DNA of 42,219 bases, taken from assembly GCA_001783275.1 (NCBI GenBank), contig MFRH01000090.1:1-42219 (forward strand). The letters are read 5' to 3'. The position numbers were made by a program, and so were the translations under genes. The notes under the pieces are model-generated. The model was given only the letters and a program-made list of their open reading frames with translations. It was not told the origin of the DNA and ran no database searches. Below, piece after piece: positions 18,347 through 30,370 of the stretch. Source of the stretch: Candidatus Margulisbacteria bacterium GWF2_35_9. GTDB lineage: Bacteria > Margulisbacteria > Riflemargulisbacteria > GWF2-35-9. Each line of letters starts with the position of its first letter. Position 1 is the first letter of the stretch.

Positions 18347-18589
18347 TTAACTAAAAATTATTGCTCTATTTTTTTCGATAAAAAGAATCGAGTCTTGCCT
18401 TAAAACCACTTTTTCTTTTTGAGCCTTCATATCCTTGTCTAAAATAGAGACTTCACCCTTTTTAAGCACTGTTAAATAATCCACGTGGTTGTCCAAACAG
18501 ATTACCTCTCCATCCATAGCATTCGCTCTGATTCCATAGATGTCACCTTCAAACAATAAATCTTCTACACCCACAACCCTTAAATGCAT
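18347..18589 (-). CDS. atpC: ATP synthase epsilon, N-terminal domain only
   Basis: DGEVICLDNH motif, last gene of the operon, 80 aa. Confidence 0.8.
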   Translation of the reverse strand: MHLRVVGVEDLLFEGDIYGIRANAMDGEVICLDNHVDYLTVLKKGEVSILDKDMKAQKEKVVLRQDSILFIEKNRAIIFS

Positions 18590-20804
<2,215 letters not shown>

Positions 20805-20813
20805 AGCGTTTTT

Positions 20814-22331
20814 TTATGATAAATCCTTTATTACTTGTTTTATAATATGGTTCAATTCCGTTTTATGCTCATCAGAAATCATTTCTTCTTGAACAAAAAT
20901 CTCATAAAGAGCCGAAGCCTGTCTTTTCATAAACTCCGTATAATCCGCTCTCATTGACTCTATTTTTTCAAGAGGAACATCGTCAAAAAACCCGTTCACA
21001 GCCGCATATATAACCAACATTTGATCAATGACCTTCATCGGGCGATGCTGCTTCTGTTTAAGAATTTCAATTAATACTTTTCCTCGTCGTAGCTGATGTG
21101 TGGTTCTTTCATCCAAATCTGCGGCAAATAATGAAAATTTTTCTTTTTCGCGAAATTGTGCCAAGGTAAGACGAAGTAAGCCCGCTACTTTTTTCATACC
21201 CTTAATTTGTGCAGCGCCACCAACACGTGAAACGGATATCCCCGGATTAATAGCGGGTCGGATATTTGCCCTGAAAAGTTCCGTCGTAAGGAATATCTGC
21301 CCATCGGTTATAGAAATAACGTTTGTTGGAATGTACGCAGCGATATCCCCATTTTGTGTTTCAACAATCGGCAACGCGGTTATAGACCCGCCTCCAAGTT
21401 TATCATTTAACTGTGCCGCTCGCTCTAGTAATCGAGAGTGAATGTAGAATATATCCCCCGGATAGGCTTCTCTTCCCGGTGGGCGTTTCAATAATAAGGA
21501 AATATTACGATAAGCATGTGCATGCTTGGTCAAATCATCATAAACAATCAGAACTTGCCGGCCCTGGTTCATAAAATATTCTGCAATTGCGCACCCCGCA
21601 TAAGGAGCATAAAATTGTTTTGAAGAGGGAGATGACGCAGGTGCATTCACAATAACAGTATATTGCAACGCCTCATGCTCTTTTAGAGTTTTCTTTATTT
21701 GTGCGACAGTCGAGTTTTTCTGACCGATTGCAACATACACACAGACAACATCTTTACCCTTTTGGTTGATTATTGCATCAATCGCCAGAGTTGTTTTACC
21801 TGTTTGTCGATCACCGATAATCAACTCTCTCTGTCCATGTCCGATCGGAACTGTCGCATCTATCATCATATAACCCGTTTGAAGCGGCTTATCTACTGGC
21901 TTCCTATCGATTACTCCTGGTGGGGAATTTTCAATTGGGTAATACTCATCACAGACCAAATCATCCAGTCCGTCCATCGGTTTTCCAAGCGGACCGATAA
22001 CTCGCCCTAATAATTGTTCACCAACAGGAACTTCTATAATTCGCCCTGTCTTTTTAACCGCATGACCTTCTTTAACCATAACATGACGGTTTAGTATTAT
22101 GGCAACAACCTCTTCCATTTCAAGATTAAAGACGACTCCTGAAACACCTTCGCCAAAATCCAACATTTCTCCAACCAATGCACCTGGCAAACCACCTATT
22201 CTGGCGATTCCATCCCCGCTATCAAGAACAATCCCAACTTCCTGTGCATTTATTTCTTCTCGATATACTTTTATCTGCTCAAGAATCTTATCTACTAAAT
22301 TAATTTTTTCTTCAGCCTTTTCGTTTACCAT
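20814..22331 (-). CDS. atpA: F1 ATP synthase alpha
   Basis: [29 protein letters not shown]. Confidence 0.98.
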   Translation of the reverse strand: MVNEKAEEKINLVDKILEQIKVYREEINAQEVGIVLDSGDGIARIGGLPGALVGEMLDFGEGVSGVVFNLEMEEVVAIILNRHVMVKEGHAVKKTGRIIEVPVGEQLLGRVIGPLGKPMDGLDDLVCDEYYPIENSPPGVIDRKPVDKPLQTGYMMIDATVPIGHGQRELIIGDRQTGKTTLAIDAIINQKGKDVVCVYVAIGQKNSTVAQIKKTLKEHEALQYTVIVNAPASSPSSKQFYAPYAGCAIAEYFMNQGRQVLIVYDDLTKHAHAYRNISLLLKRPPGREAYPGDIFYIHSRLLERAAQLNDKLGGGSITALPIVETQNGDIAAYIPTNVISITDGQIFLTTELFRANIRPAINPGISVSRVGGAAQIKGMKKVAGLLRLTLAQFREKEKFSLFAADLDERTTHQLRRGKVLIEILKQKQHRPMKVIDQMLVIYAAVNGFFDDVPLEKIESMRADYTEFMKRQASALYEIFVQEEMISDEHKTELNHIIKQVIKDLS

Positions 22332-22888
22332 AGCGATCCCTTCCCTTCTACTAGAATCTTTTGAATTCCATTTACCTTGCGTCTAATGGTCATATCTATT
22401 TCACCACTAAACCAACGTAGTTTTAAACCACCTAATATATCGGGTACTTTTTTATAAATATAGGCCACCTTTTTATTATATAAATACTCTAAACTCGATT
22501 TATAGATTTCTAAAACTTCTTTATCAATTTCAAACCTAGATATAACTTCAACGAGCATCAAATTCGCTTCATCAGCAAAATAATACTTCAAAACATTAAC
22601 AAAATAGCCCAGTTTATGGAGGACTCTATTCTCCATAAGGAAATATAGAATCGCCAAGGTATACGGGGAAAGATCAAACTCACACCCATCTAAAAATATT
22701 TGGAGCATTTTTTTTCTATGCTCAGTTGAGATTGTATTATTTTCAATATGGTACTTTATTTCATGCCGCTCACTTAGTCGCCATCTTATTAAATAGATCT
22801 CTTTAAAAACTCTAACAACTTCATCTACCGTCGTTATTTCATCAAATTTTTTAAAGTTAAATTTAGAAAAATGCTTATTCTTGGTCAA
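22325..22888 (-). CDS. atpH: ATP synthase delta
   Basis: ENR, PDILGGL...IDMT; operon position. Confidence 0.8.
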   Translation of the reverse strand: MTKNKHFSKFNFKKFDEITTVDEVVRVFKEIYLIRWRLSERHEIKYHIENNTISTEHRKKMLQIFLDGCEFDLSPYTLAILYFLMENRVLHKLGYFVNVLKYYFADEANLMLVEVISRFEIDKEVLEIYKSSLEYLYNKKVAYIYKKVPDILGGLKLRWFSGEIDMTIRRKVNGIQKILVEGKGSLW

Positions 22889-23375
22889 TTATTCTCACCG
22901 CTTTTTCTGTCTCTTCTAATATCTTTCTATCAAGCTCTTCATCAATCGTATTTCCTAAAATAACTTCAAGTGCTTTAGATACGATTTTTGATGTATTCTT
23001 TCTAACTTCAAGTGTGGCTTTTCTTTTCTCGTTCTGGATTTCAATTTTGGCTTGTTCAACGATTACATTCGACTCCAAATAGGCCTTTTGGATCATTTCA
23101 TCTCTTAATTTTTTGCTTTCTATTTTTGCTTCTGAAAGAAATATATTTCGACGTTTTATCGCCTCTTCATTTTCATTTTTCATTCTCTCTACCAACTTTG
23201 CCACTTCTTCATTCTGTTTGTTATAAATTCGCAAAAGATCACTTATTTTTTTCTGTCGCTTAACTATAAAGATATACAGTTTGGGCCATACCACAAATTT
23301 CATGATAAATAGCATTAAGAAAAATGCTACTAAATTCCAGATTATAAGGTCTGCATGCTGAACTGATTCTGCCAT
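22875..23375 (-). CDS. atpF: ATP synthase Fo b
   Basis: N-terminal TM, KRQKKI, long coiled coil. Confidence 0.9.
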   Translation of the reverse strand: MAESVQHADLIIWNLVAFFLMLFIMKFVVWPKLYIFIVKRQKKISDLLRIYNKQNEEVAKLVERMKNENEEAIKRRNIFLSEAKIESKKLRDEMIQKAYLESNVIVEQAKIEIQNEKRKATLEVRKNTSKIVSKALEVILGNTIDEELDRKILEETEKAVRIIDQE

Positions 23376-23389
23376 TTTAACCCCTTCAG

Positions 23390-23611
23390 TTACTTTGTAA
23401 TTACTATAAACGCAATAATAAGTGAATATAGAACCGACGCTTCAACAAAAGCGATTGCAATTATCATTGAACCTCTAATAGCATTCGACTGTTCTGGTTG
23501 TCTTGCCATCGCTTCAAATGCCCCAGCCGCAAGTTTACCAATCCCTAATGCTCCTCCAAGTGATGCAATCCCAATCCCTAAACATGCTAAACCTAAATTT
23601 ATATTTTCCAT
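23390..23611 (-). CDS. atpE: ATP synthase Fo c (H+-type residues)
   Basis: GxGxG helix, RQP loop, essential Glu in FVEA; Na+-type Q/ES pattern absent. Confidence 0.97.
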   Translation of the reverse strand: MENINLGLACLGIGIASLGGALGIGKLAAGAFEAMARQPEQSNAIRGSMIIAIAFVEASVLYSLIIAFIVITK

Positions 23612-23634
23612 TTTTTTCTCCTTTCTTTCTTAGT

Positions 23635-24345
23635 TTAATGTGATTCCTGATACAAACTATCGCTAATATATACAGCTGACAAATAAGCGAAAATAAACGC
23701 CTGTATAAAGCAAACAAACACTTCAAACAACATCATAACCGTAACAATCACAATATCAAACGGAAGAATGAGTTTTGTTGTAAATATTTCAGTTAAGGAT
23801 AACAATATTTTAATGACAGTATGACCAGCAAACATATTTGCATATAATCGGAGGGATAACGACAGAGGTTTTGACATAAGTGAAATGATTTCCAATGGGA
23901 ACATCACCACTCTCATTGCTGGGGCGATTCCAGTTGGTGTCAAATTAATCAAATATTTAACGACACCATTTTTATAGATTCCGGCACCTATGCTAACAAG
24001 AATAACCATAACTGCCAAGGTAGCAGTAAAGGATAAGTCTGCTGTAAACGAATGCATTCCTGGAATAAGTCCCATTAGGTTTAAAATCAGTACATAATAA
24101 AATATCGTCAGAAAAAATGGCATCCATCTTTTGTAATCCTTTTTCTTGTGAAACAAGCTAAGGATTTGATCCTCGAGAAACTCATAGATAATCTCAATAA
24201 TTGATTGGGTTCGTGTTGGAACTATTTTAAATGGACTCATAATCGGAACCGCCAATACGATAACGGGTATAAATAAGAGAAAATCATTTAAATGATTTGT
24301 GAAGTTGCTTATAAAATCGACTAGATTTTTTATTAATGCATACAT
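23635..24345 (-). CDS. atpB: ATP synthase Fo a
   Basis: SLSLRLYANMFAGH, IQAFIF. Confidence 0.96.
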   Translation of the reverse strand: MYALIKNLVDFISNFTNHLNDFLLFIPVIVLAVPIMSPFKIVPTRTQSIIEIIYEFLEDQILSLFHKKKDYKRWMPFFLTIFYYVLILNLMGLIPGMHSFTADLSFTATLAVMVILVSIGAGIYKNGVVKYLINLTPTGIAPAMRVVMFPLEIISLMSKPLSLSLRLYANMFAGHTVIKILLSLTEIFTTKLILPFDIVIVTVMMLFEVFVCFIQAFIFAYLSAVYISDSLYQESH

Positions 24346-24577
24346 ATTTATTTCTATTATCCAATAATTCTAATCAATTATAGTATAAATACTCAAATTT
24401 CGATATCGCAAACTTAATTTTTTTAGAATTAATGAGCAATCTTTTTTTATACGCAGCTTTTTAAATTTATTTTACTTTCCTTTATATAATTGGTTCATTT
24501 GTTTATCCATTATAAATTTTCCATGTTTAGCAAAATTGCTTCAGGGTATAAGAATATATATCTATAAGGAGAATAAA

Positions 24578-24751
24578 ATGAATAATCATCATCTAGAACA
24601 CAATATTTTTTCTCACGAACACACAATTGAAGACACTATTCATTTGAATTCTCTTGATCATATGAATAACGAACATTATCAATTTCAAGAATCCGTACAA
24701 GAAATAGATAACGACTTTTATCAGAAATTTAATCAGGTTTTAAATAATTAA
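24578..24751 (+). CDS. Small His/Asn/acidic-rich hypothetical protein (57 aa)
   Basis: AAGGAG SD properly spaced before ATG 24578. Confidence 0.55.
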   Translation: MNNHHLEHNIFSHEHTIEDTIHLNSLDHMNNEHYQFQESVQEIDNDFYQKFNQVLNN

Positions 24752-26166
24752 AATTTCTCAAAAAATACTTTGTACGCTTTGTAGGTCATAAATAAATCCA
24801 CCTTTGATGCACATTCCATTGGCGCATGCATAGACAGTAGAGCCGTTCCCATATCGACAACATCCATCCCATAACTGGCGATAAACTTGGCAATCGTACC
24901 ACCACCACCTTCATCTACCTTCCCAAGCTCGCCGATCTGCCAACCCACTTTATTTTTATTTAATACTTTTCTCATTCGAGCTACAAATTCTGCATTTGCA
25001 TCGGATGAGGAATATTTACCGCCTGACCCAGTAAATTTTGTCATACATACGCCGAAACCCATCCTTGCCGCATTCATCGATTCATGAACTTCTTTCCAAT
25101 CTGGATCAATTGCACCATTTACATCCCCAGAGATCGCTTTACTATTAAATAAACAGTCTTCCATTTTGACCATATCTACTTTTCCGTCTTTATTGAGAAA
25201 AATCTGTTTTATTACTTGTTTTAAAAAATAACTCTTTGCACCGGTGTTCCCATCAGAACCAATCTCTTCTTTATCCACTAAGAGTACTACATAGGTGTCA
25301 TTAGTCTCTTCTGCTTTTAGAATAGCTTCCATAGCAGCATAGGAACAAATTCGGTCATCATGACCATAAGCACCAATCAAAGACCGATCAAAACCGATCT
25401 CTCTAGCACCCTCCGCAGGAACTAACTGAAGTTCTGCCGTTAAGAAATCTTCCTCCACAATTCCATACTTCTTATACAGAATATCGAGAATATTGAACTT
25501 TATTTTCTCTTTTAAACTCTCATCTGTTTTGTAGGGGATACTTCCTACTAAAATATTTAATTTTTCTCCGTCAATAACTTCCCCCATTTTCTTATTATTC
25601 TGAGCTTTATGAGACAAATGTGGCAACAAGTCTGCTATATAAAAAACAGGGTCTTTCTTTTTATCACCAATTCGGATTTCCACTTCTTTTCCATTTTTTA
25701 GTACAACAATTCCATGTAAAGACAATGCCCTTGTTACCCACTGGTATTTTTTAATTCCACCATAATAATGGGTTTTCATCATTGCCAGATTCGTGTCTTC
25801 ATACAATGGGTTCTGTTTAAGATCGATGTGGGGAGTGTCCATATGCGATACAATCAGTTTTACTCCTTTACTGAGGTCGTTCTTCCCAACACGTACAATA
25901 GCAATATTTTTTTCTTTATTAAGCATGTAAAAATTCTTGCCTTTATTCTCTTTATATCCTTTGTCCTCTAGTAACTTTTTAACGTAGCGAGTTGTTTCTC
26001 TCTCCGTTTTATTTTTAGTAATAAACGTCATATATTTTTGCGAAAATGTTTCTACTTTCTTTTTATCAAGATTGTCCATTTCCCAATTATTCTGATTATT
26101 ATGCCCTAATTTTATCTGAAGTTTCTTAAACTTTTTAATTTTGGAGTTTTTCTTTTTTTCCTTCAT
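24748..26166 (-). CDS. M18 family aminopeptidase
   Basis: SHMDTP, HYYGGIKKYQW, GHDDR, DKEEIGS, SMHAP. Confidence 0.95.
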   Translation of the reverse strand: MKEKKKNSKIKKFKKLQIKLGHNNQNNWEMDNLDKKKVETFSQKYMTFITKNKTERETTRYVKKLLEDKGYKENKGKNFYMLNKEKNIAIVRVGKNDLSKGVKLIVSHMDTPHIDLKQNPLYEDTNLAMMKTHYYGGIKKYQWVTRALSLHGIVVLKNGKEVEIRIGDKKKDPVFYIADLLPHLSHKAQNNKKMGEVIDGEKLNILVGSIPYKTDESLKEKIKFNILDILYKKYGIVEEDFLTAELQLVPAEGAREIGFDRSLIGAYGHDDRICSYAAMEAILKAEETNDTYVVLLVDKEEIGSDGNTGAKSYFLKQVIKQIFLNKDGKVDMVKMEDCLFNSKAISGDVNGAIDPDWKEVHESMNAARMGFGVCMTKFTGSGGKYSSSDANAEFVARMRKVLNKNKVGWQIGELGKVDEGGGGTIAKFIASYGMDVVDMGTALLSMHAPMECASKVDLFMTYKAYKVFFEKF

Positions 26167-26302
26167 GGGTAATGACCCTCCTATCTTGCATATCTTTAAT
26201 AATCATAACATATAAGGAACTCTTCTCGCCAATTATTCCGAGTAAAATATATTAAATCCATGAGTACTCTTTTTAATCATTCTCAGCTATAATTTCTTCA
26301 TT

Positions 26303-27205
26303 ATGACAGTAAATGCAGCCATCGATCTGGGCACAAATTCACTACGACTAATTATTGCTGAGGTGAGTCATAATAAAATCAACGTTCTCAAAGAAACGTC
26401 TTATATGTGTCGAGTGGGTCAATCTCTTCAAAAAACAGGGTTTATTAAAGAAGACGTTATGGCGCGAATTCACGAACATCTTTTGGAAATTAAAGAGTTA
26501 CTTAATCAATATCAGGTAAAATCTGTTCACTTTGTTGCTACTTCTGCACTACGAGATGCAAAAAATGCCTCAGAGTTTAACGACATGGTAACCTCCACTG
26601 GACTAAAAATGGAAATTATCAGCGGAATAAAAGAAGCTCAAATTATTGCAAAAGCTGTTCATTGCTATGTTCCGAATATATCCAATAACTCCATATTCAT
26701 TGATCAAGGGGGCGGAAGTGTCGAGTTTATTCATTTCATCCCCGGCAACGAAACATATTGTAGCTTAGATCTCGGCATTGTTCGATTAACTGAACAATTC
26801 TTTGCCCAGTCCCCGCCTACAGATAAAGAAGTGTCTAAATTTAAAGAATTTAATCTTCATGCGCTAAACCAAAACCTTAAACCAATTTTAAACTCAAAAC
26901 CAGATCAATTGATCGTTTTGGGTGGCACCGGGTCTACTCTTGCAATGATTTATAATAAACTCACGGTTTATGACAGTCAGATCGTTCACAAAACCGTAAT
27001 CAATTTGTCATTTTTAAAAGGAATGATACAGGATCTTCAATCGCTAACTTCAAGTGAAATACAAACGAAATATAGTCTCGCTGAAAAACGATCGGATATC
27101 TTTTTTTCGGGTGTCTTACAAATTTATTATTGGCTAACTTTTTTTAATGTTGATTCTTTTATTGTCTGTGATAAAGGATTACGTTACGGTTTACTGTTAG
27201 ATTAG
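26303..27205 (+). CDS. ppx: Ppx/GppA family phosphatase (short form)
   Basis: IDLGTNS, ATSALRDA, DQGGGSVE, GGT, GLRYG. Confidence 0.93.
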   Translation: MTVNAAIDLGTNSLRLIIAEVSHNKINVLKETSYMCRVGQSLQKTGFIKEDVMARIHEHLLEIKELLNQYQVKSVHFVATSALRDAKNASEFNDMVTSTGLKMEIISGIKEAQIIAKAVHCYVPNISNNSIFIDQGGGSVEFIHFIPGNETYCSLDLGIVRLTEQFFAQSPPTDKEVSKFKEFNLHALNQNLKPILNSKPDQLIVLGGTGSTLAMIYNKLTVYDSQIVHKTVINLSFLKGMIQDLQSLTSSEIQTKYSLAEKRSDIFFSGVLQIYYWLTFFNVDSFIVCDKGLRYGLLLD

Positions 27206-27224
27206 AGAAAGATATTTTGTATTA

Positions 27225-27551
27225 CTAATCAATCAGCATTTCTTTTAATACAGCTTTTATTTTACTAATACATGTTCTATTAATAGCACCTAATGTTTTT
27301 GTAATTCTTCTTTTATCGATTGACCCTAACTGGTCTAAGGCAATCCAGCCTATCTTCTTCTGGAACTTAGTTCTTATTCTTGTTGGTATCTCTAAATGAT
27401 CTTTTGTCGTCATTGGTGCGATAATTATTGTGTGAGAAAACTCGTTCATCTCATCAGGCGAAAGTATTAAACAAGGACGCGTCTTCTTTATTTCTTTTCC
27501 AACTGTTGGATCAAGCTGAACAAGACACACGTCATATTGGCTTAATCCCAT
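27225..27551 (-). CDS. mazF: MazF/PemK toxin
   Basis: LDPTVGKEIKKTRPCLILS...APMTT...DQ. Confidence 0.93.
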   Translation of the reverse strand: MGLSQYDVCLVQLDPTVGKEIKKTRPCLILSPDEMNEFSHTIIIAPMTTKDHLEIPTRIRTKFQKKIGWIALDQLGSIDKRRITKTLGAINRTCISKIKAVLKEMLID

Positions 27552-27793
27552 TCCCAGTCCTCCATTTCAAGGTCAAGATTATCATCAATCAGCAAGGGAG
27601 CCGGATTTTTTTTGTATGCTTTCCTAAATGACTCCCCCCAACCTTCCCGTGGCTTACTCTGCATTGCCTTTATTCGAATTTCGTTATTCTCAATCTGAAG
27701 ATCAATATCATCTTTGATTCCACATTGTTCCAATAGCGCCTTCGGCAGTCGAATTCCTTTTGAATTTCCAATTGTGATTAAGCGTGATATCAT
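27542..27793 (-). CDS. mazE: MazE/AbrB antitoxin
   Basis: IGNSKGIRLPK...PREGW. Confidence 0.92.
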   Translation of the reverse strand: MISRLITIGNSKGIRLPKALLEQCGIKDDIDLQIENNEIRIKAMQSKPREGWGESFRKAYKKNPAPLLIDDNLDLEMEDWEWD

Positions 27794-27809
27794 TATATTC
27801 TCCTTAACT

Positions 27810-27830
27810 TGTAATTACATTGTAATTATA
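27810..27830. promoter_or_regulatory. mazEF operator
   Basis: Tandem palindromes TGTAATTACA / TGTAATTATA upstream of the SD. Confidence 0.7.
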
Positions 27831-27886
27831 CCACAAAAACGAAACACTAAACATTATGAGATTCTAATGTCGCAACCTTTCTAAAC

Positions 27887-27934
27887 TTTATTATATGCGA
27901 TAAAGGATTACGATATGGCTTTCTGCTAGGTTAA
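27887..27934 (+). repeat. Orphan duplicate of the last 16 codons of ppx
   Basis: FIICDKGLRYGFLLG* vs FIVCDKGLRYGLLLD* (27158-27205); 38/48 nt identical. Confidence 0.9.
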
Positions 27935-27943
27935 TAGACGAAA

Positions 27944-28354
27944 TTACTCAATATTTTTAATCCAGTTTTCAACTTTTAGTTTATTCACTCTACTGAACTC
28001 TTTTTCGTTGTTTGTCACTACAGTGAATCCTTTTTCTAAGGCTTGAGCGGCTATCATTAAATCCAGTGCTCCAATAATATTCCCCTTTTTTTCTAATGAT
28101 GCTCTTACTTTCCCATACATGATAGCGTCATCATTATCATAGGGGATGATACTAAAAGGCGAAAGGAACTTATTCAGTGCATGAAAGTTTTTAATTCTAT
28201 TTTTACTCTTTTCAATACCGTAATACAACTCAGAAGTAGTGATTGATGAGATATATAAATCACCAATTTCGTATTTAACAAACTCATCGTAAACATGTTT
28301 AGGTTTTTTATTTATGATATATATGCAAATATTGGTATCCAGCAAGTAGCGCAT
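27944..28354 (-). CDS. vapC: VapC PIN-domain toxin
   Basis: YLLDTNICI, SEL, IGALDLMIAA, VTNNEKEF. Confidence 0.96.
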   Translation of the reverse strand: MRYLLDTNICIYIINKKPKHVYDEFVKYEIGDLYISSITTSELYYGIEKSKNRIKNFHALNKFLSPFSIIPYDNDDAIMYGKVRASLEKKGNIIGALDLMIAAQALEKGFTVVTNNEKEFSRVNKLKVENWIKNIE

Positions 28355-28585
28355 TTAAAGGATATCCTCTCTTGTTTGGATATCTGGTTGAATTCTTTCA
28401 ATTTTTAAATCCTTATCAAATTCATCAAGCCCTTCTTGAAAGCTGCTCCAAGGGTTATTAGTCGGAATCAGTTTTACAATATTCCCAACTTTCTCAACGT
28501 AAACTTCGTTTCCACTAAACCGAAATTCTTTAGGCAATCTAACCGCTTGGCTCCTTCCGTTAGTAAATATTTTGGCTTTTTTCAT
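28355..28585 (-). CDS. vapB: VapB (AbrB-type) antitoxin (start revised to ATG 28585)
   Basis: [20 protein letters not shown]; AAGGAG SD. Confidence 0.94.
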   Translation of the reverse strand: MKKAKIFTNGRSQAVRLPKEFRFSGNEVYVEKVGNIVKLIPTNNPWSSFQEGLDEFDKDLKIERIQPDIQTREDIL

Positions 28586-28600
28586 GTCAATCAACTCCTT

Positions 28601-28624
28601 GGTATATACCATATAATATATACC
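28601..28624. promoter_or_regulatory. vapBC operator
   Basis: Palindrome GGTATATACC plus a second TATATACC. Confidence 0.7.
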
Positions 28625-28662
28625 ACTTTTAGTCAATTTTAAAGATGCCTTCTTATTAATCC

Positions 28663-29196
28663 TTAGGTTACGGGCTCTTCTTGGATGAAACCTATTCTTT
28701 TTGTATCCTTTGTTGGCGGTGCAAGTAATTGATCAATTACTTCCCAAACTACTTTAAGCTTATAATCATACTTCTGGTCAAGTTTGTTTATTTTTTCGAA
28801 TAATTCTTTATGACTAGCAATAATCTCTCTTAATTTAGTAAAAGTTCTCATTATTTGAATATTTATACATATGGCTCTTTCGCTGTTAAGTATTCCAGAT
28901 AGCATGGCCAATCCATTTTCAGTAAAGGCATATGGTATTCTTCTTAAACTCATTTTCTCTGAATTGGATATCACAATTTGTGACTTCCATTCATTAAACT
29001 CTGATTTGTTTAATTGGAACATAAAATCATCAGGAAAACGCTTGATGTTTCTTTTAACTGCTTGATTCAACACTCTAGTCTCAACTTGATATAATTCTGC
29101 CAGATCTTTATCTAACATAACCTTCGTATTTCTTATTAAATATATCCGATTAATGATTAATTCATTTGGAATGAGAAGTTCCTTCATCATGAGCAC
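28663..29196 (-). CDS. ORF6N domain DNA-binding protein
   Basis: [11 protein letters not shown]...[18 protein letters not shown]...PYAFTE. Confidence 0.93.
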   Translation of the reverse strand: MLMMKELLIPNELIINRIYLIRNTKVMLDKDLAELYQVETRVLNQAVKRNIKRFPDDFMFQLNKSEFNEWKSQIVISNSEKMSLRRIPYAFTENGLAMLSGILNSERAICINIQIMRTFTKLREIIASHKELFEKINKLDQKYDYKLKVVWEVIDQLLAPPTKDTKRIGFIQEEPVT

Positions 29197-29313
29197 AATA
29201 ATATCATTCTACACAATTTACGTCAATTCTTTTTATTATCTCTTTTTGTACGTTATTTTGTTTTCTAGCGATTCAGAAAAATATTTTTTGTGTTTGGTCA
29301 TCGTAAGATTGCG

Positions 29314-29458
29314 TGTACTTTTTTGTTCCAAAAAGTACCAAAAACCAATTAAGGAATCCTTCCTTAATAATTCTGAACGCTCAAAACTCGCCCTCTCTCA
29401 TTTCATTCGTGAATGACTTAAGCATTGTGCTTCAACGGAATTTTATCATTGGAAAAAA
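29314..29458. repeat. 145-bp direct repeat, copy 1
   Basis: 3 mismatches vs 30174-30318. Confidence 0.95.
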
Positions 29459-29523
29459 TATTAATTATGGTGGCAAAGATATCGTGGTTTCTTTGTGGTG
29501 CTTGAAGGTGGAGCAGACAATAG

Positions 29524-29600
29524 TTGCCCTCACCCAACGCTCAATCTGTAAAAAAGATAGTTCCGAACTTAACCTCTCCCTTCTGAAAACGGGAGAGGAG
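29524..29600 (+). repeat. REP-like element left of DUF559
   Basis: TTGCCCTCACCC...CCTCTCCC-loop-GGGAGAGGAG. Confidence 0.85.
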
Positions 29601-29620
29601 GAAGAATTTATAATGTTATA

Positions 29621-30013
29621 ATGGATATATGTGCTATCACTCCGACTGACAAGAAATTTTTCTCAAGATTTCTCAGGCAAGAAGCAACTGAAGCAGAGAA
29701 AAAAGTGTGGGAATTGCTTCGAAACAGAAAATACCGTAAGATCAAATTTAGACGACAGCGTGTGGTTGGGGAATATATTATTGATTTCTATAGTTCAGAG
29801 TATAAGCTGGGAATCGAAATTGATGGAAGTATCCACAAAGAACGAAAAGAGTATGATGCTGATCGCCAACAAGAAATAGAATCCAGAGGAATCCAACTTA
29901 TACGAGTCACAAATAAAGAAATCTTCTCAAATATAAATATTCTTTATCAAAGAATTGACCAAGTATTTCAACAACTTAACAAACAAAGCAGCTACTCCTC
30001 TCCTGTTTCCTGA
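29621..30013 (+). CDS. DUF559 (Vsr-like) endonuclease domain protein
   Basis: TEAEKKVW..LR, KFRRQ, IIDFY, EIDGSIH, YD..R, IRVTN. Confidence 0.93.
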   Translation: MDICAITPTDKKFFSRFLRQEATEAEKKVWELLRNRKYRKIKFRRQRVVGEYIIDFYSSEYKLGIEIDGSIHKERKEYDADRQQEIESRGIQLIRVTNKEIFSNINILYQRIDQVFQQLNKQSSYSSPVS

Positions 30014-30070
30014 AATGGGAGAGGTCGTCACACAGCATGGAATCAAATATGGTTAATGGGGTGAGGGCAA
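29995..30070 (-). repeat. REP-like element right of DUF559, inverted
   Basis: CTCCTCTCC-loop-GGGAGAGG...GGGTGAGGGCAA. Confidence 0.85.
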
Positions 30071-30173
30071 AAACTCGTCTTTTTAAATTTACTCCTTTAA
30101 GCTTACTTATCTATTTCTAGAATATAAGAAGAAATATTTTTTTGGTATTTTGAGGCGTCATGGAAAGATTACT

Positions 30174-30318
30174 TGTACTTTTTTATTCCAAAAAGTACCA
30201 AAAACCAATTAAGGAATCCTTCCTTAATAATTCTGAACGCACAAAACTCGCCCTCTCTTATTTCATTCGTGAATGACTTAAGCATTGTGCTTCAACGGAA
30301 TTTTATCATTGGAAAAAA
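30174..30318. repeat. 145-bp direct repeat, copy 2
   Basis: Offset 860 bp from copy 1. Confidence 0.95.
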
Positions 30319-30370
30319 ATGATTACTAATTTTTGAGTATAAATACTATTAAAACTTCTCCTTTTTAGGC

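Noticed and set aside
29220-29243. Possible third degenerate ppx-tail copy
   Set aside because: Low-complexity match lacking the DKGLRYG core; better explained as the ORF6N promoter (TTGACG -35 on the minus strand)
29153-29621. ORFs 29153..29416 and 29313..29621
   Set aside because: They run through non-coding repeats and show no protein motifs
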